Below, piece by piece: positions 10,824-20,699 of a stretch of 64,000 nt of DNA. The stretch covers positions 32,001 through 96,000 of the forward strand of contig CAWEMM010000007.1 in the NCBI GenBank assembly GCA_963810095.1, in the 5' to 3' direction. The position numbers were made by a program, and so were the translations under genes. Numbering within the stretch: position 1 is the first letter of the stretch; each line of letters opens with the position of its first letter. The stretch is from an uncultured Chloroflexia bacterium. Its GTDB lineage: Bacteria; Chloroflexota; Anaerolineae; CG2-30-64-16. The notes beneath the pieces were generated by a model. That model made no database searches, was not told the DNA's origin, and saw nothing but the letters and a program-made list of their open reading frames with translations.

Positions 10824-11324
10824 TCAAGTCGCTCGATCGGCGCCGGTTGGTTGGGCCAGGAAGTCCCATGCGAGCCCCGCGCCGAGAAAGACGATGACAG
10901 TGAAGAGCAGGCCCTCGATTTGGAGCGGCTTGACGGCGGGACCGAAGACCGTGCTGAAGTTGGGCACGAACGCAATCAAGACCACGACGGCATAGAGCAG
11001 CACGGACAACCAGCGTCCATAACGCGTAAACCAGCCGGCCGAGGTGTTAGCGCCGGAGGTGGCCAGGATGAGGAACACGGCTGCCACGATGCCCAACAGG
11101 CCGGCGACGATGAACACCAGCCGCCAGATGATCTTGATATCGCCGGCGGTTTGTGCGCCGAGGCTCATCACGCCGGGCACGAGGAAGGCCAGGTTGACGC
11201 TGTACGCCATGCGGCGCTTCGGCAGGTCGTTCACCCAGTCGCTGTGCCGCAGCTGCAGCACCCCCCACCAGAGGCCGAGCAGCGTGAAGGAGAAGGTGGC
11301 CACGGTCTGATAGAAGGCTTCCAT
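10824..11324 (-). CDS. Hypothetical integral membrane protein (about 5 TM)
   Basis: Hydrophobic 166-aa ORF with AGGAG RBS. Confidence 0.8.
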   Translation of the reverse strand: MEAFYQTVATFSFTLLGLWWGVLQLRHSDWVNDLPKRRMAYSVNLAFLVPGVMSLGAQTAGDIKIIWRLVFIVAGLLGIVAAVFLILATSGANTSAGWFTRYGRWLSVLLYAVVVLIAFVPNFSTVFGPAVKPLQIEGLLFTVIVFLGAGLAWDFLAQPTGADRAT

Positions 11325-11357
11325 GTCTGCTCCTGAGTACCCGCTGGCAGGGATGGT

Positions 11358-11463
11358 GAATAGAACGCAGATGACGCAGATGGAAGGGATCAGCAGGATC
11401 TGTGAAGGGCCAACGGTCTACTCTGCCAATCGGCGGAACATCTGCGTCATCTGCGCCCTATTC
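11358..11463. repeat. MITE/REP-like palindromic element (GAAT...CTATTC family)
   Basis: Perfect 17-bp IR CGCAGATGACGCAGATG (11366-11382 / 11439-11455); termini shared with the elements at 32038, 63337 and 63844. Confidence 0.75.
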
Positions 11464-11467
11464 GTTG

Positions 11468-12364
11468 TTACGCGCGGCCGAACATCCCGCGCATGACGTC
11501 TTCGACCGGGGTAGGCGGAACGCCGAACGTCTCGCTCAGGCGCTCCATCTCGATGATGCTTTCGTATTGCTCGCCGGCAATCATGATCTGATCGACGCCG
11601 GGCGGCAGGAACGGAACCGGTTCGCCGGGCTGGACCATGTTCACCTGGAGCGGCTGGCCCAGCACTTGGCCGGCCTTCGCGACGACGTCCTGCCACGACA
11701 GCGCCTCGGGCCCCGCGACGGGGATGCGCTTGTCAACGGCGGCCGGGTTGTCGACGGCGGCCACGGCGTACGCGGCGACATCGCGCATCGAGACAAAGGT
11801 GTGGCGGTGGATGGCTGGCGCGATCAAGGTGACGGGTGCGCGCTGAGAAAGCGGCCCGCCGACGACCATACCGATCCAGACTTCGGCGAAGATCTCGGCC
11901 GCAAGAATGGTGTAGTGCATGCCGCTGTTGATCAGGTATTCTTCCGTCTGGCCCTTCCCGGCGAAGAAGGGATTGGGGCTGTTGGGATCGTAGGCGAGGA
12001 TGGACACGAAGATGAGGTGATCGACGCCCGCGGCCTTCGCCGCGTCGATCAGGTTCCGGTTGCCCTGCATCTCAATTGTATAGGGGTTGTCGTCGCCTCC
12101 ACGGAGCGCGGAGTTCGCAGTGGTGATGATCGTCTGCACGCCCGCGACCGCCGCGTCCAACGACGCGCGGTCCTTCAAGTCGCCATAGACCGCTTCCGCT
12201 CCCGCATCCAACAAGGCGCGCGGGCTGACGGCCATGCCCTGTTTCGCCATCTCTTCGGCCGGCGAATTGCGCCGCAGCAGCACCCGCACCGGCTTCCCTT
12301 GCGCCCTCAGCCGCAAGGCAATGTCGCCCCCCAGCATTCCGGTCGCTCCGACGACGAGGATCAT
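11468..12364 (-). CDS. NmrA/atypical SDR NAD(P)-binding oxidoreductase
   Basis: N-terminal ILVVGATGMLG Rossmann motif, GNRNLIDAA and AGPE. Confidence 0.9.
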   Translation of the reverse strand: MILVVGATGMLGGDIALRLRAQGKPVRVLLRRNSPAEEMAKQGMAVSPRALLDAGAEAVYGDLKDRASLDAAVAGVQTIITTANSALRGGDDNPYTIEMQGNRNLIDAAKAAGVDHLIFVSILAYDPNSPNPFFAGKGQTEEYLINSGMHYTILAAEIFAEVWIGMVVGGPLSQRAPVTLIAPAIHRHTFVSMRDVAAYAVAAVDNPAAVDKRIPVAGPEALSWQDVVAKAGQVLGQPLQVNMVQPGEPVPFLPPGVDQIMIAGEQYESIIEMERLSETFGVPPTPVEDVMRGMFGRA

Positions 12365-12461
12365 GGTTCAACTCCTTTCTTTGTCTTCCATGTGACTCTG
12401 TCTGATTAACGTCCGGATTCGCCTTTTCGCGGCCTATTGTATCATGCTCGTGCAAGCCCCG

Positions 12462-13604
12462 TTACGTCCGTGTGGCTTCGCGCCTTCGCCGGTCTCGCTC
12501 GCGGCGCCGGTCCGAGATGGAAGTCGCGGGGCCGTTCCGCAGCACGTTGATCACTTCCGCCATAATGCAGACGGCAATCTCTGCCGGGGTTCGCGCACCG
12601 ATGGCAATGCCGATGGGCGCGTAGACCCGGTCCAGCTTTTCCGCGGCGATGCCCATCTCCTCCGTCAGCAGTTGGAATACGGCGTCGACCCGGCGCTGCG
12701 AGCCGATCATGCCGATATACCCGACCGGACGGTCCAGCACCTCGAGCAGGCATTCGACGTCGTGGCTGTGGCCGCGCGTCACGAGGATAATGTACGTGTC
12801 CTGGTCCATGGGGAGGCCGGCGACGGTCTCACGCAGCGGGCCGGCGATGCGTTTGGCGGCGGTGGGGAAGCGTTCCTCGCTGACAAAGCCCGGCCGGTCG
12901 TCGAGCACGCTGACTGCGAAATCGCACATGCTGGCCAGTTGTGCCAGGGGCAGGGCAATGTGGCCACCCCCGACGATCAGCAGCTCCGGCGCGCGGCGTT
13001 GCACCTCCACAAACACGCTGAAGTCGTCGTACTTGAGCAGCTTGTGCTGCCGGCCCCGCAGAACCGTGCGCGCGTCTTCGACCACCTGCGGCTCGCGCTC
13101 GCCCAGCGCCAGCACGCCGAGCGGCGCGCGGTCGAGCCAGATGACTGCCTGCTGACCGGCATGCTCGCCGCGCACGACCGTCGCGAGCGCCACCGGCACC
13201 CGGTTTTGCATGGACTCGCGCAGCGCATCCAAGAAACCGGGTCCTGCCGGCCGGTTGGGTTCCGCGGGGACGACCGGTGGGTTAAGATCCGCGGGTGCGG
13301 CTCGCTCGATGAAGACGTCCATAATGCCGCCACAAACGCCGAGCGCCTGCATGGTGATGTCTTCCGTCAGGTCGACATGCACCGTGGCAGGTTCCCCCGT
13401 CTGGAGCACGTCGAGGGCGGTGCGGATGACGTCCCCTTCGCCGCAGCCCCCACCCACCGTGCCGACGTGCTTGCCGAGCGGGTGAATGAGCATCTTCGCC
13501 CCTACCTCCCGCGGCACAGAGCCCCGGACGTCGATGATCGTGGCAACTGCGACGGTGTCGCCTGCCGCCAGCAGCCTCGCTAACTCAGCGTAAATGTTCT
13601 CCAT
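12462..13604 (-). CDS. xdhC: XdhC/CoxI family Mo-hydroxylase maturation factor
   Basis: GSVPREVGAKM, GTVGGGCGE, CGG, GGGHIA, TRGHSHD, YIGMIGS and APIG..IGARTPAEIA. Confidence 0.92.
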   Translation of the reverse strand: MENIYAELARLLAAGDTVAVATIIDVRGSVPREVGAKMLIHPLGKHVGTVGGGCGEGDVIRTALDVLQTGEPATVHVDLTEDITMQALGVCGGIMDVFIERAAPADLNPPVVPAEPNRPAGPGFLDALRESMQNRVPVALATVVRGEHAGQQAVIWLDRAPLGVLALGEREPQVVEDARTVLRGRQHKLLKYDDFSVFVEVQRRAPELLIVGGGHIALPLAQLASMCDFAVSVLDDRPGFVSEERFPTAAKRIAGPLRETVAGLPMDQDTYIILVTRGHSHDVECLLEVLDRPVGYIGMIGSQRRVDAVFQLLTEEMGIAAEKLDRVYAPIGIAIGARTPAEIAVCIMAEVINVLRNGPATSISDRRRERDRRRREATRT

Positions 13605-15258
13605 GCGGTAGTTCCTTCACCCCAGCAATTGCATTGGCTTCGACCTCGGCCAAAGCCGCAGCCGCCGCGTCGACGGCCGTGTCGAGCGGTGCGATCCATT
13701 TCTCGCCGCCCATGCCACCCCGCTCCCGGCGTTTGAACTCCGCGCCCCCGGCTTGCAGCGAACGTTTGCCCAGTGTAATGCGAAGCGGCAGCCCGATCAA
13801 GTCCGCATCCGTGAACTTGACGCCCGCACTCTCGCTCCGATCGTCCAGCAGGCAGGGCATGCCGGCCGCCCACAATCCCCGGTACAGCGCCTCCACTTCG
13901 CTTTCCGCGCCAGGCATGCTGACCAGGTGGACGGCAAACGGTGCGGCGGCGGGGGGCAGGGCCATCCCGCCCTCGTCAGACCGCCCCGCCGCAATGGCGG
14001 CTAACAACGCGCCCAGGTCGAAGCAGTGCGCCGACATCTGCACCGGCTGGGCGCGGCCCGTGGTGTCGAGGAACTGCGGGCCGCCTTTTTCGTGGCCCGC
14101 GGCGGCCGACCGGCCCAGCAGGGCCATCCGGACGGACCGCAAGGCGTCACTGCAAACCGGGCAGCCATCGCCGGGCTCGGCCGCCGCGATGTCGGCCACC
14201 AGGCTGGCCCGGTAGTCGCGGCCGACGTTGGTGTTGAGCAGGTGGTAACCCTCTTCGTTCGCGCCCGCGACGAGGTTGGGCGACCGGGCGGCCAGCTGAT
14301 CCACGACGACGAGGACGTTCCGCAGCCCGACCGGCGAGGCGTAGCCCGGCGTTGCGCCGGTGGCCCGGATCTCGGCTTCCGTCGCCGGGCGGAGCGTGCC
14401 CGCGCGTACTTCCAGCCGCCGCAGCGCGGCCCGCAGCTTGTGCTCGCTGACGCCGGTATCGCCTCGGACGACTGCGAAGACAAAGCGCTCGCCTTCCTCT
14501 GCCGCGGCCACCAGGAAGACAGCCTTTGCCGTCCGGGACTCGGGCACCCCGAGCAACCGGGCGAGGTCCGCGATCGTGCTGGTGTGGGGCGTGGCGATCT
14601 TCTCCAGCGGCAGCAGGTCTTCGGGCGGGCCGGGGAGCCGGCCGGACGCCGCCGCGGCTGCGAGCGCGACATAGCCGCAGCCGTCGCAGACCAGCGCCGT
14701 CTCGATCCCATCGTCCGAAGGGTAGAGGTAGGCGTGACTGGCCGCGGCCGCGGTTTGGTCACGAACGAGCATGACCGCGAGCCCGCACCGGACGCAGAGG
14801 TCGAGGAAGGCGCGCTGCTGTGCGGCATACGCGGCTTCGGCGGGCGCGGCGCCGGCATCCAGGTGCAGCACAAAGCACGCGGGGGCTTCCCGGGCGTTCA
14901 GCGGGCCCCCGCGGCTCTGGCTCAGCGCATGGCGCCACACGTTCCGACCCGCACCGCGCACGGGCAGGTGGCGGTACGACTGGACATCGGAGGCGGCCAG
15001 CGTGCGGGTGAGGGCCAGCAGGTCCGCCGTGTCCTCGAACGGAGGGCACTCCAAGTCGCACCGGCCGGCCTCGCCCTGCGCCGGGGCCAGCTCGGCCGCG
15101 AGCCGCGCGACGGCGCGCTGCCCCGCAGGCAGGTACGCGTACTTATTGGCTCCCAGGTCGCGCACGTAACCCGCGCGCTGCAGCAGCCGGTAGCCCGCGC
15201 CTTCCGCATCAGAGGGTGGTTCCCGGAGGGTGCGTCCGAATAGCTGTGTCATCCGCAT
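13585..15258 (-). CDS. Prolyl-tRNA synthetase paralog with degenerate catalytic core and intact INS (YbaK-like) editing and anticodon-binding domains
   Basis: ProRS N-terminus (QLFGRTLRE), SYRHLP, TAKAVF..VRGD..GYASP..GAN..YH and DDR..SAGVKFTDADLIGLP. Motifs 2 and 3 are eroded. Confidence 0.85.
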   Translation of the reverse strand: MRMTQLFGRTLREPPSDAEGAGYRLLQRAGYVRDLGANKYAYLPAGQRAVARLAAELAPAQGEAGRCDLECPPFEDTADLLALTRTLAASDVQSYRHLPVRGAGRNVWRHALSQSRGGPLNAREAPACFVLHLDAGAAPAEAAYAAQQRAFLDLCVRCGLAVMLVRDQTAAAASHAYLYPSDDGIETALVCDGCGYVALAAAAASGRLPGPPEDLLPLEKIATPHTSTIADLARLLGVPESRTAKAVFLVAAAEEGERFVFAVVRGDTGVSEHKLRAALRRLEVRAGTLRPATEAEIRATGATPGYASPVGLRNVLVVVDQLAARSPNLVAGANEEGYHLLNTNVGRDYRASLVADIAAAEPGDGCPVCSDALRSVRMALLGRSAAAGHEKGGPQFLDTTGRAQPVQMSAHCFDLGALLAAIAAGRSDEGGMALPPAAAPFAVHLVSMPGAESEVEALYRGLWAAGMPCLLDDRSESAGVKFTDADLIGLPLRITLGKRSLQAGGAEFKRRERGGMGGEKWIAPLDTAVDAAAAALAEVEANAIAGVKELPHGEHLR

Positions 15259-15296
15259 GCGTTGTTCGCTCCTGCCAGGTCTGCTGAGAACGCTGG

Positions 15297-15917
15297 CTAG
15301 GCACTCGCCCGCGCGTAATCGTCCGGCGTGTCGAGGTCTGCCAAAATTGTCGGCGTATCCAGCGTTAAGTAATCAATGGAATTCGTCGCGCTTCGTAAGG
15401 CGGTCCGTAAGCTTTCTGTTGCATTCATTATTTGCATATAGAAATAACTTGGGATTAGAATGGGGTGACCAGCGCGCATCCGGTAGCTCGGTATGATCAC
15501 TCGTTGCCAGCCGGTGCGCTCCCCCTCTCTCAGGACAGCGCTGAGCGTGGCCGCCTCCATTTGCGGCTGATCGCCCAGGCACACGAGGACCGCATCGCTG
15601 CCGGCATCCAGTGCGGCAATGCCGGTTTGGATCGAGCTCAGCATCTCGCCGGTGGCGTAGTTGGGGTTGAACACGCAGCGCACGGACTGGCCCGCGAGGG
15701 CCTGCTCCACGTCAGCAGCGCGGTGGCCCGTCACTGCGATGACTTCGCGTAGCCGGGCAGCCGCCAGTGTGTTTACGATTTGTCCGATCACCGTCGTCTC
15801 GCGCCAGGGCAGCGTCAACTTGAAGGCACCCATCCGCCGCGAAAGTCCCGCGGCAAGAACGATTGCCGACACTCGCAGATCGGTCGAGCCGGATGACCGT
15901 ATTTCGTGTGTATTCAC
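15297..15917 (-). CDS. mocA: Molybdenum cofactor cytidylyltransferase (MocA/YgfJ family); start may be the GTG near 15872
   Basis: LAAGLSRRMG..K, NPNY..GEMLSSI, LGDQP, GHP and DLDTPDDY. Confidence 0.88.
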   Translation of the reverse strand: MNTHEIRSSGSTDLRVSAIVLAAGLSRRMGAFKLTLPWRETTVIGQIVNTLAAARLREVIAVTGHRAADVEQALAGQSVRCVFNPNYATGEMLSSIQTGIAALDAGSDAVLVCLGDQPQMEAATLSAVLREGERTGWQRVIIPSYRMRAGHPILIPSYFYMQIMNATESLRTALRSATNSIDYLTLDTPTILADLDTPDDYARASA

Positions 15918-16022
15918 TTAATATGCACCATAAGCAGTGTTCGCCCACCAATGCGATTTGCATTTGTCTAGAGCGTGTGCTAAAGTCACAATCGTCGTGT
16001 CCCTGTTCTTTAAGGTGGCCCC

Positions 16023-16484
16023 ATGCGCGAGTCACAACGGCCCAGTCCCGGCTATACTCCCGCCCGCAACATCCCTGACATTAAGGATCGCTTCAGCGTG
16101 CCTGTCTCTAAGGAGCGCCTCGACGAGCTGCTCCTGGAACTGTTCCTGATTGACACGGTCGCGCTGGTCGATGCCCAACGCGCTCCCCGAGCCGAGCGCC
16201 TGATCGAGCGCGTGTTGTCGCCAAGCGAGTACACACGCGTAATCGACCGGTACGACGAGTTGTCGGACGATGACGACGACGAAGCGGGCCTGGTCGAGTT
16301 CTTCTTTCAGCGTGCGTCGGCCAAGGACACCCACTGGAAATCCAAGATGCTCCGCTGGTTCATGTATCTTGTGGGTGGAGGCCGCGGTTTGTCAAGCGAG
16401 GGCCTGACCGAAGTCGCCAGCCTCGCTGCAGCGATGGGGGCCGGCCGAGAGTGCCAGGCGCTGTTCAGCACCATTGCGGGATGA
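16023..16484 (+). CDS. Hypothetical protein (helical, acidic)
   Basis: The only plausible ORF between mocA (divergent) and the SPFH gene (convergent); protein-like composition. Confidence 0.6.
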   Translation: MRESQRPSPGYTPARNIPDIKDRFSVPVSKERLDELLLELFLIDTVALVDAQRAPRAERLIERVLSPSEYTRVIDRYDELSDDDDDEAGLVEFFFQRASAKDTHWKSKMLRWFMYLVGGGRGLSSEGLTEVASLAAAMGAGRECQALFSTIAG

Positions 16485-16565
16485 GATGACCCGCCCCCAG
16501 GCAGCGGCGCCCCCTCTCCCGTCCAGCGATAGAAGAGGGGGGCCGGCACTGCCACCGGGCAGCGG

Positions 16566-17672
16566 TTATTGTTGCGGCGCGGTATTGACGACCGGCTGCA
16601 CGCCGGGGCCGGGCACGATGATGGTCGGGACCGTTCCGATCGGGGTGAAGATCACCTTGTCGGTGGCCTTAAGGGCGCTGGCATTCGCAAGCATCGTCTG
16701 AAGCGTCAGGTAGGCCGGGCTGTTAGCGTATAGCTCGGCCTCTGCTGTTTTGGGGGCCAGGTCAGCCTTCGCCTGCTGCTCGGCCGCCTTCGCCCGGGCC
16801 TGCGCGATCTCAAAGTCTTTCTGTGCGCTGAGCAGGTCGTTCGCCTTCTGCGCCGTAATGACGGCGTTCTGCGCCTGCACCTTCTGCTTCTCCAGTTCCG
16901 CCAGCGTCGTCTGTTGGCGCGCCTCTTCCTGCGTACGGCTCTGGGCCACCCGGACCTCACCTTGCTGGCGGGCCTGTTCGGCCGCAGCCTCGGCTTCGGC
17001 CTTCAGCTTATCCTGGGCTGCCTTCTCGGTATTCAGCCGGCTCTGCGTAATGGAGTCCAGCAGCTGCTGCGCCTCCTGCGACAGGATGATGTTGGGCACC
17101 ACTACGTTGGCGATCTGCAGGCCGTAGTTGTCGGCCAGGCGGCTCAACTCGGTGTCGATGCACTCGCGCAGCACGTCGCGCGCAGTGCCAATCACGTTGT
17201 CGTTGAACGTGCGCTCGCCGATGCACACCTTCATGGCCTGCCGTGCGAGCCCCTCGACCCGGGTTTTCAGCGTGTCCTCGTCGAGGTAGAGCTGGCTGTA
17301 CTGCGCCCAGTTGACCGTGAGGATGTCCTTCTGGGCCAGGTTGGGGCGGAAGATGTCGCCGCCGACCAGCAGGCCCAGGCGCTGCTTGTCTTTCGTGATG
17401 ATCTCGTCGTCTTCTACCGAGAACGAGACGGCCGAGCTGGGAATGCGCTTCAGTTCCACGTACAGGCCCGCGTCGCTGTACAGGCCGGGGCCCACGACGT
17501 CGACAATCTTGCCGCTGCGGAAGCGCACGCCGACCTCCTGCTGCTCGACGCGCTGCATCACGTAAAACAGGTCGCTGCTTGTCAGCACGATGACGGCGAC
17601 CACGACGACGGCGGCGACAAGCACGCCGCGCACGACGTTCATGTTGATCGATTTTCCACGGGTACTGTTCAT
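16566..17672 (-). CDS. SPFH/band-7 domain membrane protein
   Basis: N-terminal TM, EVGVRFRSGK..VGPGL, ITKD and an AE-rich coiled coil. ATG at 17672 follows GAGG. Confidence 0.88.
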   Translation of the reverse strand: MNSTRGKSINMNVVRGVLVAAVVVVAVIVLTSSDLFYVMQRVEQQEVGVRFRSGKIVDVVGPGLYSDAGLYVELKRIPSSAVSFSVEDDEIITKDKQRLGLLVGGDIFRPNLAQKDILTVNWAQYSQLYLDEDTLKTRVEGLARQAMKVCIGERTFNDNVIGTARDVLRECIDTELSRLADNYGLQIANVVVPNIILSQEAQQLLDSITQSRLNTEKAAQDKLKAEAEAAAEQARQQGEVRVAQSRTQEEARQQTTLAELEKQKVQAQNAVITAQKANDLLSAQKDFEIAQARAKAAEQQAKADLAPKTAEAELYANSPAYLTLQTMLANASALKATDKVIFTPIGTVPTIIVPGPGVQPVVNTAPQQ

Positions 17673-17795
17673 AGCCTCACCTGATGGGGGAATCGGTATC
17701 GGACTTCTACACCGCTTTCTAGCGGCATTATGGCATTCTGAGGGGGGGAAGTGCAAGCGGTTCCTGCTGACACTTAGCCGACAGGATCGGAAGAT

Positions 17796-17828
17796 AGAAG
17801 CCCGGTTTCTTCAAGAAACCGGGCTTCT
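17796..17828. repeat. GAAACC(C/G)GGTTTC-family palindrome
   Basis: AGAAGCCCGGTTTCTT-C-AAGAAACCGGGCTTCT. Related copies at 21860-21897, 49430-49464, 55676-55726, 56168-56218 and 29681-29694. Confidence 0.7.
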
Positions 17829-17839
17829 GCTGCTTAGGT

Positions 17840-19012
17840 CTAGTAGAGGAACATGGGTTTCCCGAGCATGTTCGCGACTTTGGGGCGATAGTGCTCCTTG
17901 TCGTAAAGCTCGTCCACGTCCACCCGCTTGGTGCCCGAGATGACGGTGCTGAGGGGGATGTGGGTGTACTTGCCGTCGCGGAGCGCGACCATGCGGCCCG
18001 AGCGGGCCTGCGCGATCAGGTCCGTCGCCAGGTTGGCGTAGCTGAGTGCCACCATGCGATCGAGCGAGTCGGGCGCACCGGAACGCATCAGGTAGCCGAG
18101 CGTCTGGTAGATGATGTTCTCGCCGGTGTGCTTCTTGATCAGGTCGCCCGTGAGCTGCCCAATGCCGCCGAGCTTTTTGTGCCCGTACGCATCTTCTTCG
18201 CCGGACTCGATGATCGGACCGCCGGTCATCTGTGCGCCTTCCGAGATTGTCATAATCGCGTAGTTGCTCGGGTTGGCGTGCTTGTCTTCCAGCAGTAAAG
18301 CGCCCAGCTTCTCCGCGTCGAAGGGCACCTCCGAGATAACTGCACGGTCGACGCCAGCCAGGTACGCGGCGAAGAGCGACGTCTCGCCCGAGTTACGGCC
18401 GAACAACTCGACCACGGCGATGCGCTCGTGCGAGCCGGCGGGGGTGCGCAGGCCCGTAATCAGGTCGACGCTCCGGGTGACCGCAGTGCTGAAGCCGATG
18501 CAGTAGTCCGTGCCGTAGACGTCGTTGTCCATCGTCTTCGGGATGGCGACGACGGGAAAATGCTCCTGGTGTAGGCGGGCCGCATAGCTCAAGGTGTCGT
18601 CGCCGCCAATTGCGATGAGCCCGTCGATCTTCAGGTGCTGCATGACACGCAGGACGTGCGGCGTCAGGTCGATCAGGCCCGTCTGGGGGTCAGGCGTGTT
18701 GAACTGGTGCTTGAGAAACGCGGGCACGTCCTCCGGCTTGACGTGCGATGGCCGGGTGCGCGAAGTGTGCAGGAAGGTGCCGCCCGAGCGATCGATCTTG
18801 CGCACGACCGCCTTGTTCAGGCGCATTACCCAGCGCCAGTCTTCGGACGGGTCGTCTGGGTTAACGTTGACCGGGCCGGCCCAACCGCGGCGGAAGCCGA
18901 TGACCTCCATGCCATCGTCGACCGCACGGTCGACTACAGCCTTAATGCACGGGTTGAGGCCAGGGACGTCGCCGCCACCGGTCAGGATGCCGAGGGTTTT
19001 CATGGGTGCCAT
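17840..19012 (-). CDS. pfkA: 6-phosphofructokinase, probably PPi-dependent
   Basis: [31 protein letters not shown] and ELFGR. Confidence 0.93.
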   Translation of the reverse strand: MAPMKTLGILTGGGDVPGLNPCIKAVVDRAVDDGMEVIGFRRGWAGPVNVNPDDPSEDWRWVMRLNKAVVRKIDRSGGTFLHTSRTRPSHVKPEDVPAFLKHQFNTPDPQTGLIDLTPHVLRVMQHLKIDGLIAIGGDDTLSYAARLHQEHFPVVAIPKTMDNDVYGTDYCIGFSTAVTRSVDLITGLRTPAGSHERIAVVELFGRNSGETSLFAAYLAGVDRAVISEVPFDAEKLGALLLEDKHANPSNYAIMTISEGAQMTGGPIIESGEEDAYGHKKLGGIGQLTGDLIKKHTGENIIYQTLGYLMRSGAPDSLDRMVALSYANLATDLIAQARSGRMVALRDGKYTHIPLSTVISGTKRVDVDELYDKEHYRPKVANMLGKPMFLY

Positions 19013-19123
19013 GAAGTGTTCTCCTGGGTAACTCTAGCAGCAATGGGATATTGCCGGATAAGGCCACGGTAGAGTCTAAACGGAGTGAAAGGTTTTGGCA
19101 AATTGCCCCGTAGAAACTTCGCG

Positions 19124-19163
19124 AAAAAAGGCGCAGGCCGCCCGGTGTCGGACGGCCTGCGCC
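19124..19163 (-). terminator. Intrinsic terminator
   Basis: GGCGCAGGCCG stem followed by TTTTTT on -, downstream of the 19216-21671 genes. Confidence 0.8.
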
Positions 19164-19215
19164 GGAATAAGAACGTGCCAGGGCCAGAGAGGCGGGACGA
19201 GACGCCCGTGTCAGC

Positions 19216-19497
19216 CTACTCTTCGGGGGGCTGGAGCATGGCCCGCGTGTTCTCCTCGATGTGGACGAGGAGCGACAGGATGCTGCCAAATGCGTAGAGT
19301 TGGACGAAGGTCACCAGCGCGACGACCAGCGCGCCGACCCCGCCGCCCACCATCAACGCCTGGGGCAACTGCAGGCGGGGACCCGAGCCGAAGGAAGCAA
19401 TGAGGGCCAGGATCCCAAGCGCAAGGATGATCACCCCCGCGATCTTCAGCACCCACGCGAGAACCCGTACCAGTCCATACTTGTGCGGTACGTTCAT
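19216..19497 (-). CDS. Small two-TM membrane protein
   Basis: KY..VR start, two hydrophobic helices and a C-terminal IEENTR. Confidence 0.8.
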   Translation of the reverse strand: MNVPHKYGLVRVLAWVLKIAGVIILALGILALIASFGSGPRLQLPQALMVGGGVGALVVALVTFVQLYAFGSILSLLVHIEENTRAMLQPPEE

Positions 19498-19603
19498 GAT
19501 GCCGTTGTCCCTTTCTGAATCAGCCTCACCCCTGCGCGCCGATGCTGCGGGAGGGACGCGGCCGCCGCGCCCCTCCCGGGCTCGCTGAAGAGGTGAAGGT
19601 GCG

Positions 19604-20581
19604 TTACTGCATCTTCGCCGGAATTGGCTGCACGCCCTGCGCGACCGGGAAGTGAACCATGACCGACATGTCGGTCTGGCCGAGCATCGGCACGAACGTC
19701 TTGATCAGGTCCAGGTACTGCTTCGGCACGCCCGGGTTCATCTGCTCATAGACCTGGATCGCGTTGTTCAGCGCCTTGCTGTCCCAGGCGATCGCCGGCA
19801 GTGGGTTCCCGTTGACGTACAGATAGAGTCCGTTCGACCGGCTGCTGAGCTGGATGTGCTGCACGTTGTTCGTCTGAAGTTGGGCCATGACGTTCGGGTC
19901 GAGCGCGACATTCGCATTGATGCCCAGTGCCTGCAGGTCGCGAGCCGAGATGCCCAGAATCGAGGGCACGCCCTGGTCATCGTACTTGACCTCGAACTTG
20001 GCCACGGCCGACGGCGGCTGGCTTGCAGGTGCGAGCGAGGCGATCTTGAGGTCGGCCGGCGCGTAGTCAATCTGCTGCGCCCCGTCCTGAGTCGGGAACT
20101 TCACCGCGATCGACAGCCCAAGGCGCTGGGCAAGCGGGGCCAGCTTCTCGACGAGGCCGCCGATGGCAGGGCCGTTCTGGCCGAGCAGCGGTGCGATCTC
20201 GCCGATGCGCTGCAGCGACCCATCCTGGAATGACAGGCTCGGCATCAGCGCCCCATTGACCAACAGCGCAAGCCCATCGCCGGTCTGCCGCAGTTCGATG
20301 TGCTGGATGTTGGCCGCCTTCATCCAGGCGGGATAAAAGGGATCGATCCGGTATTGGCTGAGGTCCAGCGGAACGCCCAAACCACGGGCTATCTCCTCAA
20401 GGGCCACACCCTCGACCCCGGGGTTGCCCTGATCGTCGAACGTGATGACGATGCGCGGCAGAGCCACGACGAATGTCTCGCCCGATTCGGTCTGGGGTGC
20501 AGCCGCCGGCATGACCGCGGGTCCGCACGACGTGAGCACCAGGCCAGCAAGAACCAGGACGACCAGCACGAACCTACGCAT
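19604..20581 (-). CDS. Hypothetical lipoprotein with an internal two-fold repeat (paralog B)
   Basis: Lipobox LTSC, AGGAGG RBS, similar to 20700-21671. Confidence 0.85.
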   Translation of the reverse strand: MRRFVLVVLVLAGLVLTSCGPAVMPAAAPQTESGETFVVALPRIVITFDDQGNPGVEGVALEEIARGLGVPLDLSQYRIDPFYPAWMKAANIQHIELRQTGDGLALLVNGALMPSLSFQDGSLQRIGEIAPLLGQNGPAIGGLVEKLAPLAQRLGLSIAVKFPTQDGAQQIDYAPADLKIASLAPASQPPSAVAKFEVKYDDQGVPSILGISARDLQALGINANVALDPNVMAQLQTNNVQHIQLSSRSNGLYLYVNGNPLPAIAWDSKALNNAIQVYEQMNPGVPKQYLDLIKTFVPMLGQTDMSVMVHFPVAQGVQPIPAKMQ

Positions 20582-20699
20582 TACGCACCTCCTACAGTGA
20601 GCGTTTCGTACATCAGATCAGTTTTCCCGCCGGCGTAGATCAGAGTCCTCTGATTTACACCCGGCCAGGGACGTGATCGGCAATCAGCGGCCAGAGGGT

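Noticed and set aside
15975-15992. CRP/Rex-like site TGTGCTAAAGTCACA
   Set aside because: Half-site spacing is one base short and only one half matches.
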